Positions 30,897-43,371 of a stretch of 64,000 nt of DNA are shown here, one piece after another. The stretch's first letter is position 1, and each line of letters starts with the position of its first letter. A model generated the notes under the pieces. That model saw nothing but the letters and a program-made list of their open reading frames with translations. It was not told the DNA's origin and did no database searches. The position numbers and the translations under genes were made by a program. The DNA comes from Flavobacterium sp. (lineage in GTDB: Bacteria > Bacteroidota > Bacteroidia > Flavobacteriales > Flavobacteriaceae): assembly GCF_035292545.1 (NCBI RefSeq), contig NZ_DATDPV010000009.1, positions 24,239 through 88,238 of the forward strand. Direction: 5' to 3'.

Positions 30897-31054
30897 TAAT
30901 TTAAAGCGTTTTTTATAAAACTGAAATTCAATAATTTAGAGAATGGACTTTTTTTATAATTCAGACTATAACATTCAGTTTTGTTTATAAAGCACTCGAA
31001 GAAACTCCAAAATACCTTCACATAATTTTAATAAAAAACAAAGTATTTTTTTCG

Positions 31055-31062
31055 TAAATTTG
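31055..31062 (+). promoter_or_regulatory. Bacteroidota -7 promoter box
   Basis: TAAATTTG 24 nt upstream of the prfA ATG. Confidence 0.55.
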
Positions 31063-31086
31063 CACTCCAAATAAAGGAATAAGAAT

Positions 31087-32163
31087 ATGTTAGATAAACT
31101 TCAATATGTAAAACAGCGTTACGATGAGATTTCGGATTTGATTATTCAGCCCGATGTTATCATGGATCAAAAGCGCTATGTCTTACTGAATCAGGAATAT
31201 AAAAGCATAAAAGCTCTGGTTGAAAAACGCGATGAGTACATGGTTTTGTTAGCAAATATTGACGAAGCCAACGAGATAATAGCCGATGGAAGTGATGCAG
31301 ATATGACCGAAATGGCCAAAATGCAATTGGACGAAGCCAAAGAAAGATTGCCGGAATTGGAAGATGAAATCAAATTCATGCTGATTCCAAAAGATGCAGA
31401 AGATGCCAAAAACGTGATGGTCGAAATTCGTGCCGGAACTGGGGGAGATGAAGCCAGTATCTTTGCCGGGGATTTGTTCAGGATGTACACTAAATATTGT
31501 GAAAATCGTGGTTGGAGAACTTCAGTTGTAGATGTGAGTGAAGGAACTTCAGGTGGTTTCAAAGAGGTTATTTTTGAAGTTACCGGCGAAGATGTTTACG
31601 GAACTTTGAAGTTCGAGGCAGGCGTTCACCGCGTGCAGCGTGTCCCTCAAACCGAAACCCAAGGTCGTGTGCATACATCCGCAGCAACCGTTATGGTATT
31701 GCCAGAAGCTGAAGAATTCGACGTACAAATTGATATGAACGACGTTCGTGTCGACTTTTTCTGTTCGTCAGGACCGGGTGGACAATCGGTAAATACAACG
31801 AAATCTGCCGTTCGTTTAACGCACATTCCAACCGGATTGGTGGCGCAATGTCAGGATCAAAAATCGCAGCACAAAAATAAAGACAAAGCATTTGGCGTTT
31901 TGCGTTCCCGTTTATACGAACAAGAATTAGCTAAAAAGCAGGCCGAAGATGCTACAAAACGTACTTCTCAAGTTAGCTCTGGAGACCGTTCTGCAAAAAT
32001 TAGAACCTATAATTATGCGCAAGGTCGTGTAACCGATCATAGAATTGGTATGGATATTTTTGATATGGACGGAGTTATGAATGGTAAAATTCAAAAACTT
32101 GTCGATGAACTTCAATTGGTAAACAATATGGAGAAATTGAAAGAAGCCAGCGAAACTTTCTAA
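31087..32163 (+). CDS. prfA: Peptide chain release factor 1
   Basis: [10 protein letters not shown] (GGQ), [15 protein letters not shown] (PxT, RF1 type), RSAKIRTYN. Confidence 0.97.
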   Translation: MLDKLQYVKQRYDEISDLIIQPDVIMDQKRYVLLNQEYKSIKALVEKRDEYMVLLANIDEANEIIADGSDADMTEMAKMQLDEAKERLPELEDEIKFMLIPKDAEDAKNVMVEIRAGTGGDEASIFAGDLFRMYTKYCENRGWRTSVVDVSEGTSGGFKEVIFEVTGEDVYGTLKFEAGVHRVQRVPQTETQGRVHTSAATVMVLPEAEEFDVQIDMNDVRVDFFCSSGPGGQSVNTTKSAVRLTHIPTGLVAQCQDQKSQHKNKDKAFGVLRSRLYEQELAKKQAEDATKRTSQVSSGDRSAKIRTYNYAQGRVTDHRIGMDIFDMDGVMNGKIQKLVDELQLVNNMEKLKEASETF

Positions 32164-32169
32164 AAACAT

Positions 32170-32194
32170 AAGCCTCATTTATTGAGGCTTTTTT
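32170..32194 (+). terminator. Intrinsic terminator
   Basis: AAGCCTCA-TTTAT-TGAGGCTTTTTT. Confidence 0.85.
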
Positions 32195-32237
32195 TATGAT
32201 TGGAAGCGAAATTTCAGGAATGTTTATCAATCCTATT

Positions 32238-32308
32238 CCCGCTATCATTCCAATCTTTTGTCCCGCTAAAGAAGCGACACAAAAGGATTTTCCCTTCTAT
32301 CGGGGCTA
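32238..32308 (+). repeat. Structured dispersed intergenic element, copy 2
   Basis: CCCGCTATC..ATCTTTTGT-stem-ACAAAAGGAT..CTTCTATCGGGGCTA. Confidence 0.65.
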
Positions 32309-32446
32309 AAAGACAAATCATTTAAATTTTTATGAGTGTTTAAAGATTGTACTCATAATACCAAAATACTGTTTGAAAAACAATTATACAAACTTCTAAA
32401 CTCTTTGTACCTTTGTGTCTTATAACCTCAGAGCCTGATAAAAAAA

Positions 32447-33259
32447 ATGACAACACAACAACTACACCAACAAATTCAACAAAAAAAATCATTTCTCTGC
32501 ATCGGTCTCGATGTCGATTTAAATAAAATCCCAAAACATTTATTGGAACTCGAAGACCCCATCTTCGAATTCAATAAAGCGATAATTGATACCACACACG
32601 ATTTAACGGTTTCCTATAAACCCAATACCGCTTTTTACGAAGCATACGGAATCAAAGGCTGGATGTCTTTACAAAAAACCATCAGTTACATCAACGAAAA
32701 CCATCCCGAAATCTTCACCATTGCCGATGCAAAACGTGGCGATATCGGAAACACCTCTTCCATGTATGCGAAAGCTTTCTTCGAAGATTTAAACTTTGAT
32801 AGTGTGACTGTTGCTCCTTACATGGGAAAAGACAGTGTAGAACCTTTTCTTGCTTTCGAAAATAAACATACCATTATGTTAGCCTTAACTTCCAACGAAG
32901 GTGCATTCGATTTTCAAACCTTGAATGTAGATGGAAAAGAACTCTACAAACAAGTATTGGAAACTTCCAAGACGTGGAAAAATAGCCAAAACCTAATGTA
33001 TGTAGTAGGAGCAACCAAAGCCGAATATTTCACCGAAATCCGTAAAATAGTTCCCGATAGTTTTCTATTAGTTCCAGGAGTAGGAGCACAAGGCGGAAGC
33101 CTTTCTGAAGTTTGTAAATATGGAATGAATGAAAATGTGGGATTGTTGATTAATTCATCACGTGGAATAATTTATGCATCCAACGGAACAGATTTTGCCG
33201 AAAAAGCAAGAGAAGAAGCGTTGAAAATGCAACAGGAAATGGCAGCTATTTTAAGTTAA
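32447..33259 (+). CDS. pyrF: Orotidine-5'-phosphate decarboxylase
   Basis: [43 protein letters not shown]; TACCTTTG box at 32408-32415. Confidence 0.97.
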   Translation: MTTQQLHQQIQQKKSFLCIGLDVDLNKIPKHLLELEDPIFEFNKAIIDTTHDLTVSYKPNTAFYEAYGIKGWMSLQKTISYINENHPEIFTIADAKRGDIGNTSSMYAKAFFEDLNFDSVTVAPYMGKDSVEPFLAFENKHTIMLALTSNEGAFDFQTLNVDGKELYKQVLETSKTWKNSQNLMYVVGATKAEYFTEIRKIVPDSFLLVPGVGAQGGSLSEVCKYGMNENVGLLINSSRGIIYASNGTDFAEKAREEALKMQQEMAAILS

Positions 33260-33318
33260 TATTTGTTTGAAGTTTCAGGTTGAGCAACTTTAAACATTTT
33301 AAACTTTAAACAAAAATC

Positions 33319-34116
33319 ATGAAAACTTTAATTGATCAACTCGGAATTTCCCATTCTTTTGAAACTGCACCCAAAAGGATTATTTCGTTGGTTCCTTCCC
33401 AAACCGAATTGCTATATGATTTAGGTCAGGAAGCCAAGATTGTTGGAATAACAAAATTCTGCGTGCATCCTTATCATTTCAAATCCACCAAAAAAGTAAT
33501 TGGCGGAACCAAAAAAGTGCATTTTGAGAAAATCAGATTACTGCAACCCGATTTAATCATTGCCAATAAAGAAGAAAACACAAAGGAAATAGTTGAAGAA
33601 TTATCCAAAATTTGTCCGGTTTGGGTCACCAATATCATCACTTTTGAAGACAATCTGCAAATGATTTCCGATTTTGGACAGTTATTAAATTGCAGAATCG
33701 AAGCCCAAAAATGGATCGATAAAATTAATTTTGCCTATCAGGATTTTCTAATTTTTATCAAAGATAAACCGTTTAAAAAAGCAGCTTATTTTATTTGGGC
33801 CAATCCTTATATGGTTGCCGGTTCCGATAATTTTATCAATGAAATGCTGAAACTGAATCACTTTGAGAATATTTATGATACTAAAGGAAGATATCCCGAA
33901 ATCGAATTAGAAAAAATGCTGTCGGATGGCAATCCCGATTTGGTTTTATTATCCTCGGAACCTTTTCCTTTTAAAGAAGAACATGCTCTCGAAATTGGAC
34001 GATTTACAAATCATGCGAAAACCGTTTTTGTTGATGGCGAAATGTTTTCCTGGTACGGAAGTAGAATTTTAAAAGCTTTTGGGTATTTTAAAATGCTGCA
34101 TAAAAACATCGAATAA
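33319..34116 (+). CDS. Helical-backbone metal receptor (BtuF/FatB-like substrate-binding protein)
   Basis: RIISLVPSQTELL, GITKFCVHP, LQPDLIIANKEEN, DGEMFSWYGSR. Confidence 0.85.
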   Translation: MKTLIDQLGISHSFETAPKRIISLVPSQTELLYDLGQEAKIVGITKFCVHPYHFKSTKKVIGGTKKVHFEKIRLLQPDLIIANKEENTKEIVEELSKICPVWVTNIITFEDNLQMISDFGQLLNCRIEAQKWIDKINFAYQDFLIFIKDKPFKKAAYFIWANPYMVAGSDNFINEMLKLNHFENIYDTKGRYPEIELEKMLSDGNPDLVLLSSEPFPFKEEHALEIGRFTNHAKTVFVDGEMFSWYGSRILKAFGYFKMLHKNIE

Positions 34117-34201
34117 ATATTTGGAATAGTTTTTAGATTCTCATATTTCTTAATTCCATGCTTTTTAAAAATAAAAAACTACTTTTACCAAAACTAAACC
34201 T

Positions 34202-34987
34202 GTGATTAATTATACCATTTACGAAAATGAAACGAGCAGCCAATGGGTGACTTTTGTCCATGGAGCAGGCGGAAGTTCGTCTATTTGGTTCAGGCAAATT
34301 CGTGATTTTCAAAAACACTACAATGTATTGTTATTGGATTTGCGAGGTCATGGAAACTCCAATCAGCAAATCAAAAAGGCTTTCAAACAGAAATATACTT
34401 TCTCAGCTTTGGCCAATGATATTCTGGAAGTTTTAGATTATTTAAAAATAGAAAAATCCCATTTTGTGGGTATTTCTCTTGGTACGATTCTGATTCGTCA
34501 ATTGGCTGAAATGCATCCTAAAAGAGTGCAAAGTATGATATTGGGCGGCGCAATCCTGAAAATGAATTTTCGATCTCAAATCTTGATGAAGTTGGGAAAT
34601 ATGTTTAAGTATGTACTGCCTTATTTGGTGTTATACAAGTTTTTTGCTTTTGTGATCATGCCCAATAAAAACCACAAACAATCCAGGTTGCTGTTTATTA
34701 ATGAGGCGAAGAAATTATACCAAAAAGAATTCATCAGATGGTTTAAACTTACGGCCGAAATCAATCCCATTCTAAAATGGTTCCGTCAGGTCGAATTAAA
34801 CATTCCTACTTTATATGTAATGGGAGAAGAAGATTATATGTTTTTGCCTTCAGTGCGAAAAGTAGTCGAAAAGCATTATAAATCATCCCAATTATTTGTC
34901 ATTGAACAATGCGGTCATGTGGTAAATGTCGAGCAGCCCAATACTTTTAATCAGGCGGTAATTTCGTTTATCAATACTACCAAATAA
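34202..34987 (+). CDS. Alpha/beta-fold hydrolase
   Basis: FVHGAGG, DLRGHG, GISLG nucleophile elbow, GHVVN; GTG start. Confidence 0.9.
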   Translation: MINYTIYENETSSQWVTFVHGAGGSSSIWFRQIRDFQKHYNVLLLDLRGHGNSNQQIKKAFKQKYTFSALANDILEVLDYLKIEKSHFVGISLGTILIRQLAEMHPKRVQSMILGGAILKMNFRSQILMKLGNMFKYVLPYLVLYKFFAFVIMPNKNHKQSRLLFINEAKKLYQKEFIRWFKLTAEINPILKWFRQVELNIPTLYVMGEEDYMFLPSVRKVVEKHYKSSQLFVIEQCGHVVNVEQPNTFNQAVISFINTTK

Positions 34988-35168
34988 AAAAAAGCCAGCA
35001 CTCGAAAGTACTGGCATTTTTTAACTAACTCTAACCAAAATAATAAAAACCCTTTATTACTTTGCAAATGTCTGAATAAAATTCAGACTTCTATGTTAAG
35101 AGTATGTTATTTATATGTTATTGATTATTAAATTTTTAGGTTTAATTTTTTCGTTTTAAAAAAACGAA

Positions 35169-35879
35169 TTATACCTTGTCTTGCATGGCAAAAACTCTTT
35201 TCAATAAATCAGAAGTTCTTGCGCTTAAACTGGTTCTGATTTGTTTTTCTTCAACAGCTACCATTTTAAAAACACCTTTCATCGCTTCTTGCGTAACGTA
35301 ATCTTTTAAATCAGGATTTACTTTCGTCACTAAAGGAATTGAATTGTATTTTGTTATGATATTCGCCCAAACTTTATCAGCACCCACTTTGCTCAATGAT
35401 GTTTGAATCACAGGACTGAATTTTCCATACAAAGCATTAGAAGTCGAGTTTTGTAAATAGGTGGTTGCAGAACTTTCATTTCCCATCAAAATATTTTTTG
35501 CATCAGTAAAAGTCATATTTCTTACAGCGTCAACAAATATAGGAGTCGCCTCTTTTACGCCATCTTCTGCAGCACGGTTCAATACTTTTAAACCTTCGTC
35601 TGCCAAGCTGCTCATTCCGATGCTTCTTAACGTTTTATCTACTTTTTGTAATTCGGGTGGAAGTAAAATTTTAACCGCTTGATTTTTGAAGAAACCATCA
35701 GTTGCTGTCAACTTCGAAACTTGTTTGGATATTCCATTGTTCAAAGCTTCCTTTAAACCGTTGGAAATGTCCATGTTTCCTATAACTCCGCCTGTTTGAG
35801 GAAATTGCGATACAACTTGTTGTAATTCAGCACATCCAAATAATGAAAAGGCAATTAAAAACAAAAGAATTTTTTTCAT
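35169..35879 (-). CDS. DUF4197-family lipoprotein
   Basis: Lipobox LFGC; GLKEAL..G, LNRAAE, IAVEEK.IR-like motifs. ATG 35879 is supported by a minus-strand TATCTTTG at 35899-35906. Confidence 0.85.
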   Translation of the reverse strand: MKKILLFLIAFSLFGCAELQQVVSQFPQTGGVIGNMDISNGLKEALNNGISKQVSKLTATDGFFKNQAVKILLPPELQKVDKTLRSIGMSSLADEGLKVLNRAAEDGVKEATPIFVDAVRNMTFTDAKNILMGNESSATTYLQNSTSNALYGKFSPVIQTSLSKVGADKVWANIITKYNSIPLVTKVNPDLKDYVTQEAMKGVFKMVAVEEKQIRTSLSARTSDLLKRVFAMQDKV

Positions 35880-35929
35880 AACTTTATATTTATTTCCCCA
35901 AAGATACGCAAACACCATACCACTTTCTA

Positions 35930-35954
35930 ATAGCTATAAACTATTAAAACATAA
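35930..35954. promoter_or_regulatory. Possible OxyR-type site upstream of catalase
   Basis: ATAG-N7-CTAT at 35930-35944 followed by ATAA; resembles half of the OxyR consensus. Confidence 0.35.
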
Positions 35955-36017
35955 AACAATCGGTTTTGACTATAATCAAGATCTGTCTACCTATGATATT
36001 ATATAAAATTTACGACT

Positions 36018-37505
36018 ATGGAAATACACAAAAAATTGACTACAGCCTCGGGAAGACCTTATGCGGAAAACGAAAATTCTCAAACTGTTGGTCCAAGAGG
36101 TCCTATATTACTACAAGATTATATTCTTCACGAAAAAATGGCGCATTTTAACAGAGAACGAATTCCCGAAAGAGTGGTGCATGCCAAAGGATCAGGGGCA
36201 TTCGGAACTTTTACTGTTACCCATGATATAACGAAATATACGAAAGCCAAAATATTTTCTGAAATAGGAAAAGAAACCAAAGCACTAATGCGATTTTCAA
36301 CGGTTGGAGGAGAAAGAGGTTCTGCAGACACCGAAAGGGATCCAAGAGGTTTTGCCATGAAATTTTATACCGAAGATGGAAATTGGGATTTAGTCGGCAA
36401 TAATACACCGGTTTTCTTTGTGAAGGATCCCAAAAAGTTTGGAGATTTTATTCATACCCAAAAGCGGGATCCCCACACCAATATGAAATCGCCAACGATG
36501 ATGTGGGATTTTTGGTCACTCAATCCCGAAAGTCTGCATCAGGTTTTGATTCTGATGTCCGATAGGGGAACGCCTTATGGTTATCGGCACATGCATGGTT
36601 TTGGAAGCCATACGTATTCGATGATCAATAAAAATAATGAACGTTTTTATGTTAAATTTCATTTTAAAACCGCCCAAGGGATCAAGAATTTCACCAATGA
36701 AGAAGCGGCCGAAATGAAAGCATTTGATATGGATTTTTCTCAAAGGGATTTATTCGAAAATATCGAGGCAGAAAACTTTCCAAAATGGAATTTACAAATC
36801 CAGGTTATGTCAGAAGAGGAAGCAAATGCGCAAGACTATTACTTTAATCCCTTTGATTTGACCAAAGTTTGGCCGCATGGCGATTTCCCGATGATTGATG
36901 TAGGCGTTTTAGAGTTAAATCAGAATCCGCACAATTATTTTCAGGATATTGAGCAAGTAGCATTTGCTCCGGCACATATTGTGGATGGAATTGGTTATTC
37001 GCCAGATAAAATGTTGCAAGGTCGTTTGTTATCATACCCTGACGCACAGCGTTATCGTTTAGGCACAAATTACGAACAAATTCCAGTGAACCGTTGTCCA
37101 TTTGCAACCAATAATTACCAAAGAGACGGTCAAATGCGTGTAGATGGTAATGGCGGTGAAAAACCTAATTATTTTCCAAATAGTTTTGATGAAATAGAAG
37201 TTGATGAGGCTTATAAAGAACCGCCTTTGCCAATCAACAGTCCTAATGCCGATTGGTATGATAGAAATTGTGAAGGCGAAAACGATCATTATTCTCAACC
37301 TGGAAAATTATTTCAAATCATGTCGCCAGAAGAACAAGATAAAACCATTCATAATATAGTCTATAACATGTCAGGTATCGGTGGTCCTAAGAAAATGGAG
37401 ATTATCAACCGCCAATTAGGACATTGGTTTAGAGTCGATTCTCGATTGGGAACCGGAATTGCTGAAGGCTTAGATGTTACAATTGATATGGGCCAATTAA
37501 AATAG
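36018..37505 (+). CDS. katA: Monofunctional heme catalase (small subunit)
   Basis: [45 protein letters not shown]. Confidence 0.96.
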   Translation: MEIHKKLTTASGRPYAENENSQTVGPRGPILLQDYILHEKMAHFNRERIPERVVHAKGSGAFGTFTVTHDITKYTKAKIFSEIGKETKALMRFSTVGGERGSADTERDPRGFAMKFYTEDGNWDLVGNNTPVFFVKDPKKFGDFIHTQKRDPHTNMKSPTMMWDFWSLNPESLHQVLILMSDRGTPYGYRHMHGFGSHTYSMINKNNERFYVKFHFKTAQGIKNFTNEEAAEMKAFDMDFSQRDLFENIEAENFPKWNLQIQVMSEEEANAQDYYFNPFDLTKVWPHGDFPMIDVGVLELNQNPHNYFQDIEQVAFAPAHIVDGIGYSPDKMLQGRLLSYPDAQRYRLGTNYEQIPVNRCPFATNNYQRDGQMRVDGNGGEKPNYFPNSFDEIEVDEAYKEPPLPINSPNADWYDRNCEGENDHYSQPGKLFQIMSPEEQDKTIHNIVYNMSGIGGPKKMEIINRQLGHWFRVDSRLGTGIAEGLDVTIDMGQLK

Positions 37506-37522
37506 TTTCAACAAAAAACAAA

Positions 37523-38179
37523 ATGAACATTCTTGAACTGGAATTATTGTCAGATGACATCAATCAAACGGAGGTTTTTTATAATGAAGTCTTGGGATTG
37601 CAAACTGTTTCAAAAAATATATCGAGTGTTTCATTTGCAGCAGGCGCAACAAAACTGACTTTCAGGGCTTCCGAAAATAAAAGACCAGAGTATCATTTTG
37701 CTTTTGATATTCCAAACAACAAACTGTTGGAAGCTTTTGCATGGATAGAAAAGAAAACGGAAATATTAGAAGTTATTCCGCCTGATAAAATTGCGGATTT
37801 TTATAATTGGAATGCAAAGTCTTTTTATTTTTATGACAATGATGGAAGTGTTTTAGAGTTTATCGCCCGTTATGATTTAGACAATGCATCCGAGAAACCA
37901 TTTGACGGTTCATCAATTTTATCAGTCAGTGAAGTCGGTTTTGTATCTAAAAATGTGGCCCAACAAAGTGATGAAATAATTGAAAAATATGGTCTTTCGG
38001 TATTTTCAAAACAACCAAAAGGTAAGAAATTTATTGTTTTAGGAACCGATACCGGACTTTTTATCCTTGTGGAAGAAAATAGAAATTGGTATCCTACTAA
38101 TAAAAAAGCAAAATCATTCTGGACTAAAGTATTGTTTGAAAATAATGGAAAAACCAGAGAAATTGAAATTTCAGATTAA
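37523..38179 (+). CDS. VOC/glyoxalase-family protein
   Basis: FYNEVLGL, YHFAFDIP, SFYFYDNDGSVLEFIAR. Confidence 0.85.
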   Translation: MNILELELLSDDINQTEVFYNEVLGLQTVSKNISSVSFAAGATKLTFRASENKRPEYHFAFDIPNNKLLEAFAWIEKKTEILEVIPPDKIADFYNWNAKSFYFYDNDGSVLEFIARYDLDNASEKPFDGSSILSVSEVGFVSKNVAQQSDEIIEKYGLSVFSKQPKGKKFIVLGTDTGLFILVEENRNWYPTNKKAKSFWTKVLFENNGKTREIEISD

Positions 38180-38185
38180 AAAAAT

Positions 38186-38214
38186 AAAACGCTCAATTGA
38201 TTGGGCGTTTTTTT
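38186..38214 (+). terminator. Intrinsic terminator
   Basis: AAAACGCTCAA-TTGA-TTGGGCGTTTTTT. Confidence 0.75.
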
Positions 38215-38447
38215 ATACGAAATCTTTTCAAGTAAGAATTTAACTGTAATGATCCTTCAATTTTTCTCTTTCTTTTCAAATATATTTTGCTGATTGCTTA
38301 ATAAAAATAAAAGCAAAGTGAATTCAACTCCCCAAAAAAGATTTCTTCATAAAAATTTCACAATAACAATCTTAAATTTCAAATTTTAAACGGCAAATTT
38401 TTATTATTTCCGTAAATTGCGCACTTAAAAATGTCATTAAAATAAAA

Positions 38448-41400
38448 ATGGAACAAGTAAAACCATATATACCTAAGAATAAAGTAAGAATTGTAACAGC
38501 AGCCTCCCTTTTTGATGGTCATGATGCAGCAATTAACATCATGCGCAGAATTATTCAGGCCACTGGTGTTGAGGTTATCCATTTGGGTCACGACAGAAGC
38601 GTTGAAGAAGTCGTAAACACAGCCATTCAGGAAGATGCTAATGCCATTGCCATGACTTCATACCAAGGCGGTCACAATGAGTATTTTAAATATATGTATG
38701 ATTTGTTGCAGGAAAAAGGCGCAGGTCATATCAAGATTTTCGGCGGCGGCGGCGGGGTAATTTTGCCTTCAGAAATTGCTGAATTGCAAGATTACGGAAT
38801 CACCCGTATATATGCTCCGGATGATGGACGTGCAATGGGATTGCAAGGAATGATTAATGATTTGGTGCAACGTTCTGATTTTCCTGTAGGAGATAAATTG
38901 CATGGAGAAATTGATCAATTAGAATCCAAAAATCCAACCGCAATAGCAAGATTGATCTCTGCTGCAGAGAATTTTCCTGAAATAGCAAAACCTGTTTTTG
39001 ATCAAATTCATAAAAAAAATGAGAATTCAAAAATTCCTGTTTTGGGAATTACAGGTACAGGGGGTTCTGGAAAATCATCTTTGGTGGATGAATTGGTGCG
39101 CCGTTTTTTAATCGATTTCCCAGAAAAAACCATCGGATTGATTTCTGTGGATCCATCCAAACGTAAAACGGGAGGAGCACTTTTAGGAGACAGAATTCGT
39201 ATGAATGCGATTAACAACCCGAGAGTTTATATGCGTTCGTTGGCTACGCGTCAATCGAATTTGGCTTTGTCGAAATATGTTGCTGATGCTATTCAAGTAA
39301 TTAAAGCGGCAAATTATGATATCATCATTTTGGAGACTTCAGGGATTGGTCAGTCCGATACCGAAATTATGGATCATTCTGATGTTTCATTATATGTAAT
39401 GACACCCGAATTTGGAGCGGCCACCCAATTGGAAAAAATCGATATGTTAGATTTCGCTGATTTAGTAGCATTAAACAAATTCGACAAGCGTGGAGCACTT
39501 GATGCTATTCGTGATGTAAAAAAACAATACCAGCGCAACCATAATCTTTGGGATGTAAATCCAGATGAAATGCCTGTTTTTGGAACTATTGCTTCGCAGT
39601 TTAACGATCCGGGAATGAACACGCTGTACAAAGCGATTATGGATAAGATTGTAGAGAAAACGGATAGTGATTTGAAATCTACTTTTAAAATCACGCGTGA
39701 AATGAGCGAGAAAATTTTCGTCATTCCGCCACACAGAACCCGTTATTTATCTGAGATTGCAGAAAGTAACAGAAAATATGATGCAACAGCATTGACTCAA
39801 CAAAAAACAGCACAAAAATTATTTGGTATTTTCAAAACGATTGAAAGCGTTTCCGGAAAAATGCCAATCATTAATAAAGTAGGAATTGACGATAGTTCGG
39901 TACTTCCGAGTGCTATTGAAGAACACGATGAAAATAGAATTTTCCTTAACCTTTTACTGAACCAGTTTGATAAAGTAAAAATGGATTTAGATCCCTACAA
40001 TTGGGAAATAATCCTGACTTGGGACGAAAAAGTTAATAAATACAAAAATCCGGTTTATACTTTTAAAGTAAGAGACAAGGAAATCAAAATTGCTACTCAC
40101 ACCGAAAGTTTATCACATTCTCAAATTCCAAAAATAGCGTTGCCTAAGTATGAAGCTTGGGGCGATATTTTACGTTGGTGTTTGCAAGAAAATGTACCGG
40201 GAGAATTCCCGTTCACTTCAGGACTGTATCCTTTCAAACGCGAAGGTGAAGATCCGTCTCGAATGTTTGCTGGAGAAGGTGGACCGGAACGAACCAATAA
40301 ACGTTTTCATTATGTAAGTGCAGGTTTGCCGGCAAAACGTTTGTCTACCGCTTTTGACAGTGTGACTTTGTACGGTAATGATCCTCATGTTCGTCCTGAT
40401 ATTTATGGAAAAATCGGAAATGCGGGAGTTTCTATTTGTTGTTTGGATGATGCGAAGAAACTGTATTCCGGTTTCGATTTAGTTCATTCGATGACTTCGG
40501 TGAGTATGACCATTAATGGTCCGGCACCTATGTTACTTGGTTTTTTTATGAATGCTGCCATCGATCAACAATGTGAATTTTACATCAAAAAAAATGAAAT
40601 TGAAGATGTAGTTGAAGAAAAGATAAATGAAATCTATAAAGAAAAAGGAGTAGCCCGTCCCCGTTATAATGGCGACTTACCCGAAGGGAATAATGGTTTA
40701 GGATTGATGCTTTTGGGTGTTACCGGAGATCAGGTTTTGCCTTTAGATGTTTATAATGAAATTAAAGTTAGAACCCTTTCGCAAGTTCGCGGCACCGTTC
40801 AGGCCGATATTTTAAAAGAAGACCAGGCACAAAACACCTGTATTTTCTCAACAGAATTCGCTTTGCGTTTGATGGGTGACGTTCAGGAATATTTTATCAC
40901 GAATAATGTTCGTAATTTTTATTCCGTTTCGATTTCAGGCTATCATATTGCCGAAGCGGGTTCTAATCCGATTACGCAATTGGCTTTCACACTTTCAAAC
41001 GGATTCACTTATGTGGAATATTATTTGAGCCGTGGAATGGATATCAACGATTTTGGGCCCAACTTATCTTTCTTCTTTTCTAATGGTATCGATCCTGAAT
41101 ATGCTGTAATTGGTCGTGTGGCCCGTAAAATTTGGGCGAAAGCCTTGAAAAACAAATACGGAGCCAACGAAAGAGCCCAAATGTTGAAATACCATATTCA
41201 AACATCAGGTCGATCCTTACATGCTCAGGAAATTGATTTTAATGATATTCGTACGACATTACAAGCGTTGTATGCTATTTATGATAATTGTAACTCATTG
41301 CATACTAATGCTTACGATGAAGCAATTACAACACCAACCGAAGAATCAGTGCGTCGTGCTATGGCCATTCAGTTGATTATCAATAAAGAATTAGGGTTAA

Positions 41401-41888
41401 CTAAGAACGAAAACCCAATACAAGGTTCTTTTATCATAGAAGAATTGACAGACTTGGTAGAAAATGCGGTTTTGATGGAATTCGACAGAATTACCGAAAG
41501 AGGTGGTGTTCTTGGTGCTATGGAAACCATGTATCAACGTTCTAAAATTCAGGAAGAAAGTTTGTATTATGAAACGTTGAAACATACGGGAGAGTTTCCA
41601 ATTATTGGCGTAAACACGTTCTTGAGCTCAAAAGGCTCACCAACAGTGATTCCTGCTGAGGTAATTCGTGCAACGGAAGAAGAGAAACAATTCCAAATTC
41701 AAACCCTGGAAAACCTTCATAAAGCCAATGCAAAACAAGTAAAAGAACAATTGGACAGTATTCAAGAAGCGGCTATTAAAAATGAGAACATGTTTGAACA
41801 TTTAATGGAAGCTACTAAGTTTTGTACTTTGGGTCAAATTACGGCAGCTTTGTTTGAAGTGGGAGGGCAGTATCGCAGAAATATGTAA
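38448..41888 (+). CDS. icmF: Fused isobutyryl-CoA mutase / MeaB GTPase (B12-dependent)
   Basis: B12-binding [10 protein letters not shown]-loop GTGGSGKSS, mutase [12 protein letters not shown]-type motif and [10 protein letters not shown]; 1146 aa. Confidence 0.95.
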   Translation: MEQVKPYIPKNKVRIVTAASLFDGHDAAINIMRRIIQATGVEVIHLGHDRSVEEVVNTAIQEDANAIAMTSYQGGHNEYFKYMYDLLQEKGAGHIKIFGGGGGVILPSEIAELQDYGITRIYAPDDGRAMGLQGMINDLVQRSDFPVGDKLHGEIDQLESKNPTAIARLISAAENFPEIAKPVFDQIHKKNENSKIPVLGITGTGGSGKSSLVDELVRRFLIDFPEKTIGLISVDPSKRKTGGALLGDRIRMNAINNPRVYMRSLATRQSNLALSKYVADAIQVIKAANYDIIILETSGIGQSDTEIMDHSDVSLYVMTPEFGAATQLEKIDMLDFADLVALNKFDKRGALDAIRDVKKQYQRNHNLWDVNPDEMPVFGTIASQFNDPGMNTLYKAIMDKIVEKTDSDLKSTFKITREMSEKIFVIPPHRTRYLSEIAESNRKYDATALTQQKTAQKLFGIFKTIESVSGKMPIINKVGIDDSSVLPSAIEEHDENRIFLNLLLNQFDKVKMDLDPYNWEIILTWDEKVNKYKNPVYTFKVRDKEIKIATHTESLSHSQIPKIALPKYEAWGDILRWCLQENVPGEFPFTSGLYPFKREGEDPSRMFAGEGGPERTNKRFHYVSAGLPAKRLSTAFDSVTLYGNDPHVRPDIYGKIGNAGVSICCLDDAKKLYSGFDLVHSMTSVSMTINGPAPMLLGFFMNAAIDQQCEFYIKKNEIEDVVEEKINEIYKEKGVARPRYNGDLPEGNNGLGLMLLGVTGDQVLPLDVYNEIKVRTLSQVRGTVQADILKEDQAQNTCIFSTEFALRLMGDVQEYFITNNVRNFYSVSISGYHIAEAGSNPITQLAFTLSNGFTYVEYYLSRGMDINDFGPNLSFFFSNGIDPEYAVIGRVARKIWAKALKNKYGANERAQMLKYHIQTSGRSLHAQEIDFNDIRTTLQALYAIYDNCNSLHTNAYDEAITTPTEESVRRAMAIQLIINKELGLTKNENPIQGSFIIEELTDLVENAVLMEFDRITERGGVLGAMETMYQRSKIQEESLYYETLKHTGEFPIIGVNTFLSSKGSPTVIPAEVIRATEEEKQFQIQTLENLHKANAKQVKEQLDSIQEAAIKNENMFEHLMEATKFCTLGQITAALFEVGGQYRRNM

Positions 41889-41921
41889 AAGCACGTATTT
41901 GGACGTTCCTCGATGATTTTA

Positions 41922-41958
41922 AAAAACCACTGAAAGCCCAATGTTTTCAGTGGTTTTT
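41922..41958. terminator. Hairpin at the icmF/element junction
   Basis: AAAAACCACTGAAA / TTTCAGTGGTTTTT. Confidence 0.75.
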
Positions 41959-42010
41959 GTCTTTTTATAATACATTTTGATTTGTCTTGAATTTATATAA
42001 ATACGCATTT

Positions 42011-42055
42011 GGTTGACTAAATGCTGACTAGATATATATATTATTTATATATTTG
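42011..42055 (+). promoter_or_regulatory. Putative integrase arm-type direct repeats and -7 box
   Basis: GGTTGACTAAA / TGCTGACTAGA at 11-bp period; TATATTTG at 42048-42055. Confidence 0.45.
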
Positions 42056-42076
42056 TTTGGCATAAGCAAATAAGAT

Positions 42077-43324
42077 ATGGCTACTATAAAATATTTACTT
42101 CAAAGTAAAAACGACAATTCAAATATATACGTACGGTATTCGATAAACAGAACTTTAGTTTTGAAACGTAAAACAGGTTTTGTAATTAATCCAAAAGACT
42201 GGAGCGAAGATAAAGCACAACCAATTCAGAGAAATGAAGATTTGAAAGCGATTAAATCTAAGCTGGACAAACTAGCTGTTTTTATTAATGATGCTTATAA
42301 CAATGCGATAAGCAAAGGAATAGTATTTACAGGTGATTGGTTACAACATCAAATTGATTTATTCAATAATAAAATTGTTGTTGTAGACTTAGACGTATTA
42401 TCCAATTCTATTGATGCTTATATTAATAACGGAGACAATTTAACAAGCGGTTCAATAAAAAATTTAGATAATCTTAAAAAATTTATTGTGAACTATGAGA
42501 CCGATGTTTTAAAAGGAAAGCAAATACTTATTAGAGATATTGATTTAAATTTTATTGATGTTTTTAAAAAGTATCATAAAAGTAAGGGGCGTTCCATAAA
42601 TTATATAGGTACTTATATTTCATTGTTAAGGGCGGTTGTCAATAAGGCTTCTTTAAATGGTATTCCAACACATCCACAGTTCAAACAAATAAAAGCGATT
42701 AAAGAAGTTAAAGAACCTGATCAAATTATTATTCTAACAGAAGCAGAACAGGAACTTATAAAAAATGCAACTTTGTTACGTGAAGCACATATAAATGCTA
42801 GAAAATGGCTTTTACTTGGGTGCTTAATCGGGCAAAGGGCAGGAGATTTACTAAATATAACCGACAAAAACATAAAAGGGTTAAACGGTATGAGCATAAT
42901 TGAATTGAAGCAACAGAAAACTGGTAAGCTGGTTGCAATTCCATTACTACCCGAAGCACTTGAAATAGTAGAAAGTGGATTGCCTTACAAAATAAATTTA
43001 GAGCATTTTAATAAATACAGTAAAGAGGTTTGTGAAATAGCAAAAATTAATACAAAGGTAAAAGGTAAAATGCGCATTGATGATAAAAGAACCTTAACGG
43101 CAGGTTATTATGAGAAATGGAAAGTTATAAGTTCTCACGTTTGCAGACGCTCTTTTGCAACTAACTTTTACGGAAGAATTCCAACATCTGTTTTGATGAA
43201 TATAACCGCTCACGGTACGGAAGCTGTTTTTTTAAATTATATTGGAAAAACTACCTATGATAATGCATATCAAATGTTAGAATATTTCAATAAACTTAAA
43301 CCGTTAGCTGAAAATTCAAATTAA
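42077..43324 (+). CDS. int: Tyrosine recombinase / integrase (Bacteroidota type with arm-binding and SAM-like domains)
   Basis: GQRAGD (Arg), QQKT (Lys), SHVCRRSFATN (HxxR), TAH...FLNYI (His, Tyr). Confidence 0.95.
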   Translation: MATIKYLLQSKNDNSNIYVRYSINRTLVLKRKTGFVINPKDWSEDKAQPIQRNEDLKAIKSKLDKLAVFINDAYNNAISKGIVFTGDWLQHQIDLFNNKIVVVDLDVLSNSIDAYINNGDNLTSGSIKNLDNLKKFIVNYETDVLKGKQILIRDIDLNFIDVFKKYHKSKGRSINYIGTYISLLRAVVNKASLNGIPTHPQFKQIKAIKEVKEPDQIIILTEAEQELIKNATLLREAHINARKWLLLGCLIGQRAGDLLNITDKNIKGLNGMSIIELKQQKTGKLVAIPLLPEALEIVESGLPYKINLEHFNKYSKEVCEIAKINTKVKGKMRIDDKRTLTAGYYEKWKVISSHVCRRSFATNFYGRIPTSVLMNITAHGTEAVFLNYIGKTTYDNAYQMLEYFNKLKPLAENSN

Positions 43325-43371
43325 AAGAACTGAATTTTTTCTGATATAATAAGCAACTTAAAAACAATACA

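Noticed and set aside
33319-41888. Cobalamin riboswitch near the BtuF-like gene or icmF
   Set aside because: No B12-box (GGGAA...GCCACTG) is visible in the upstream intergenic regions
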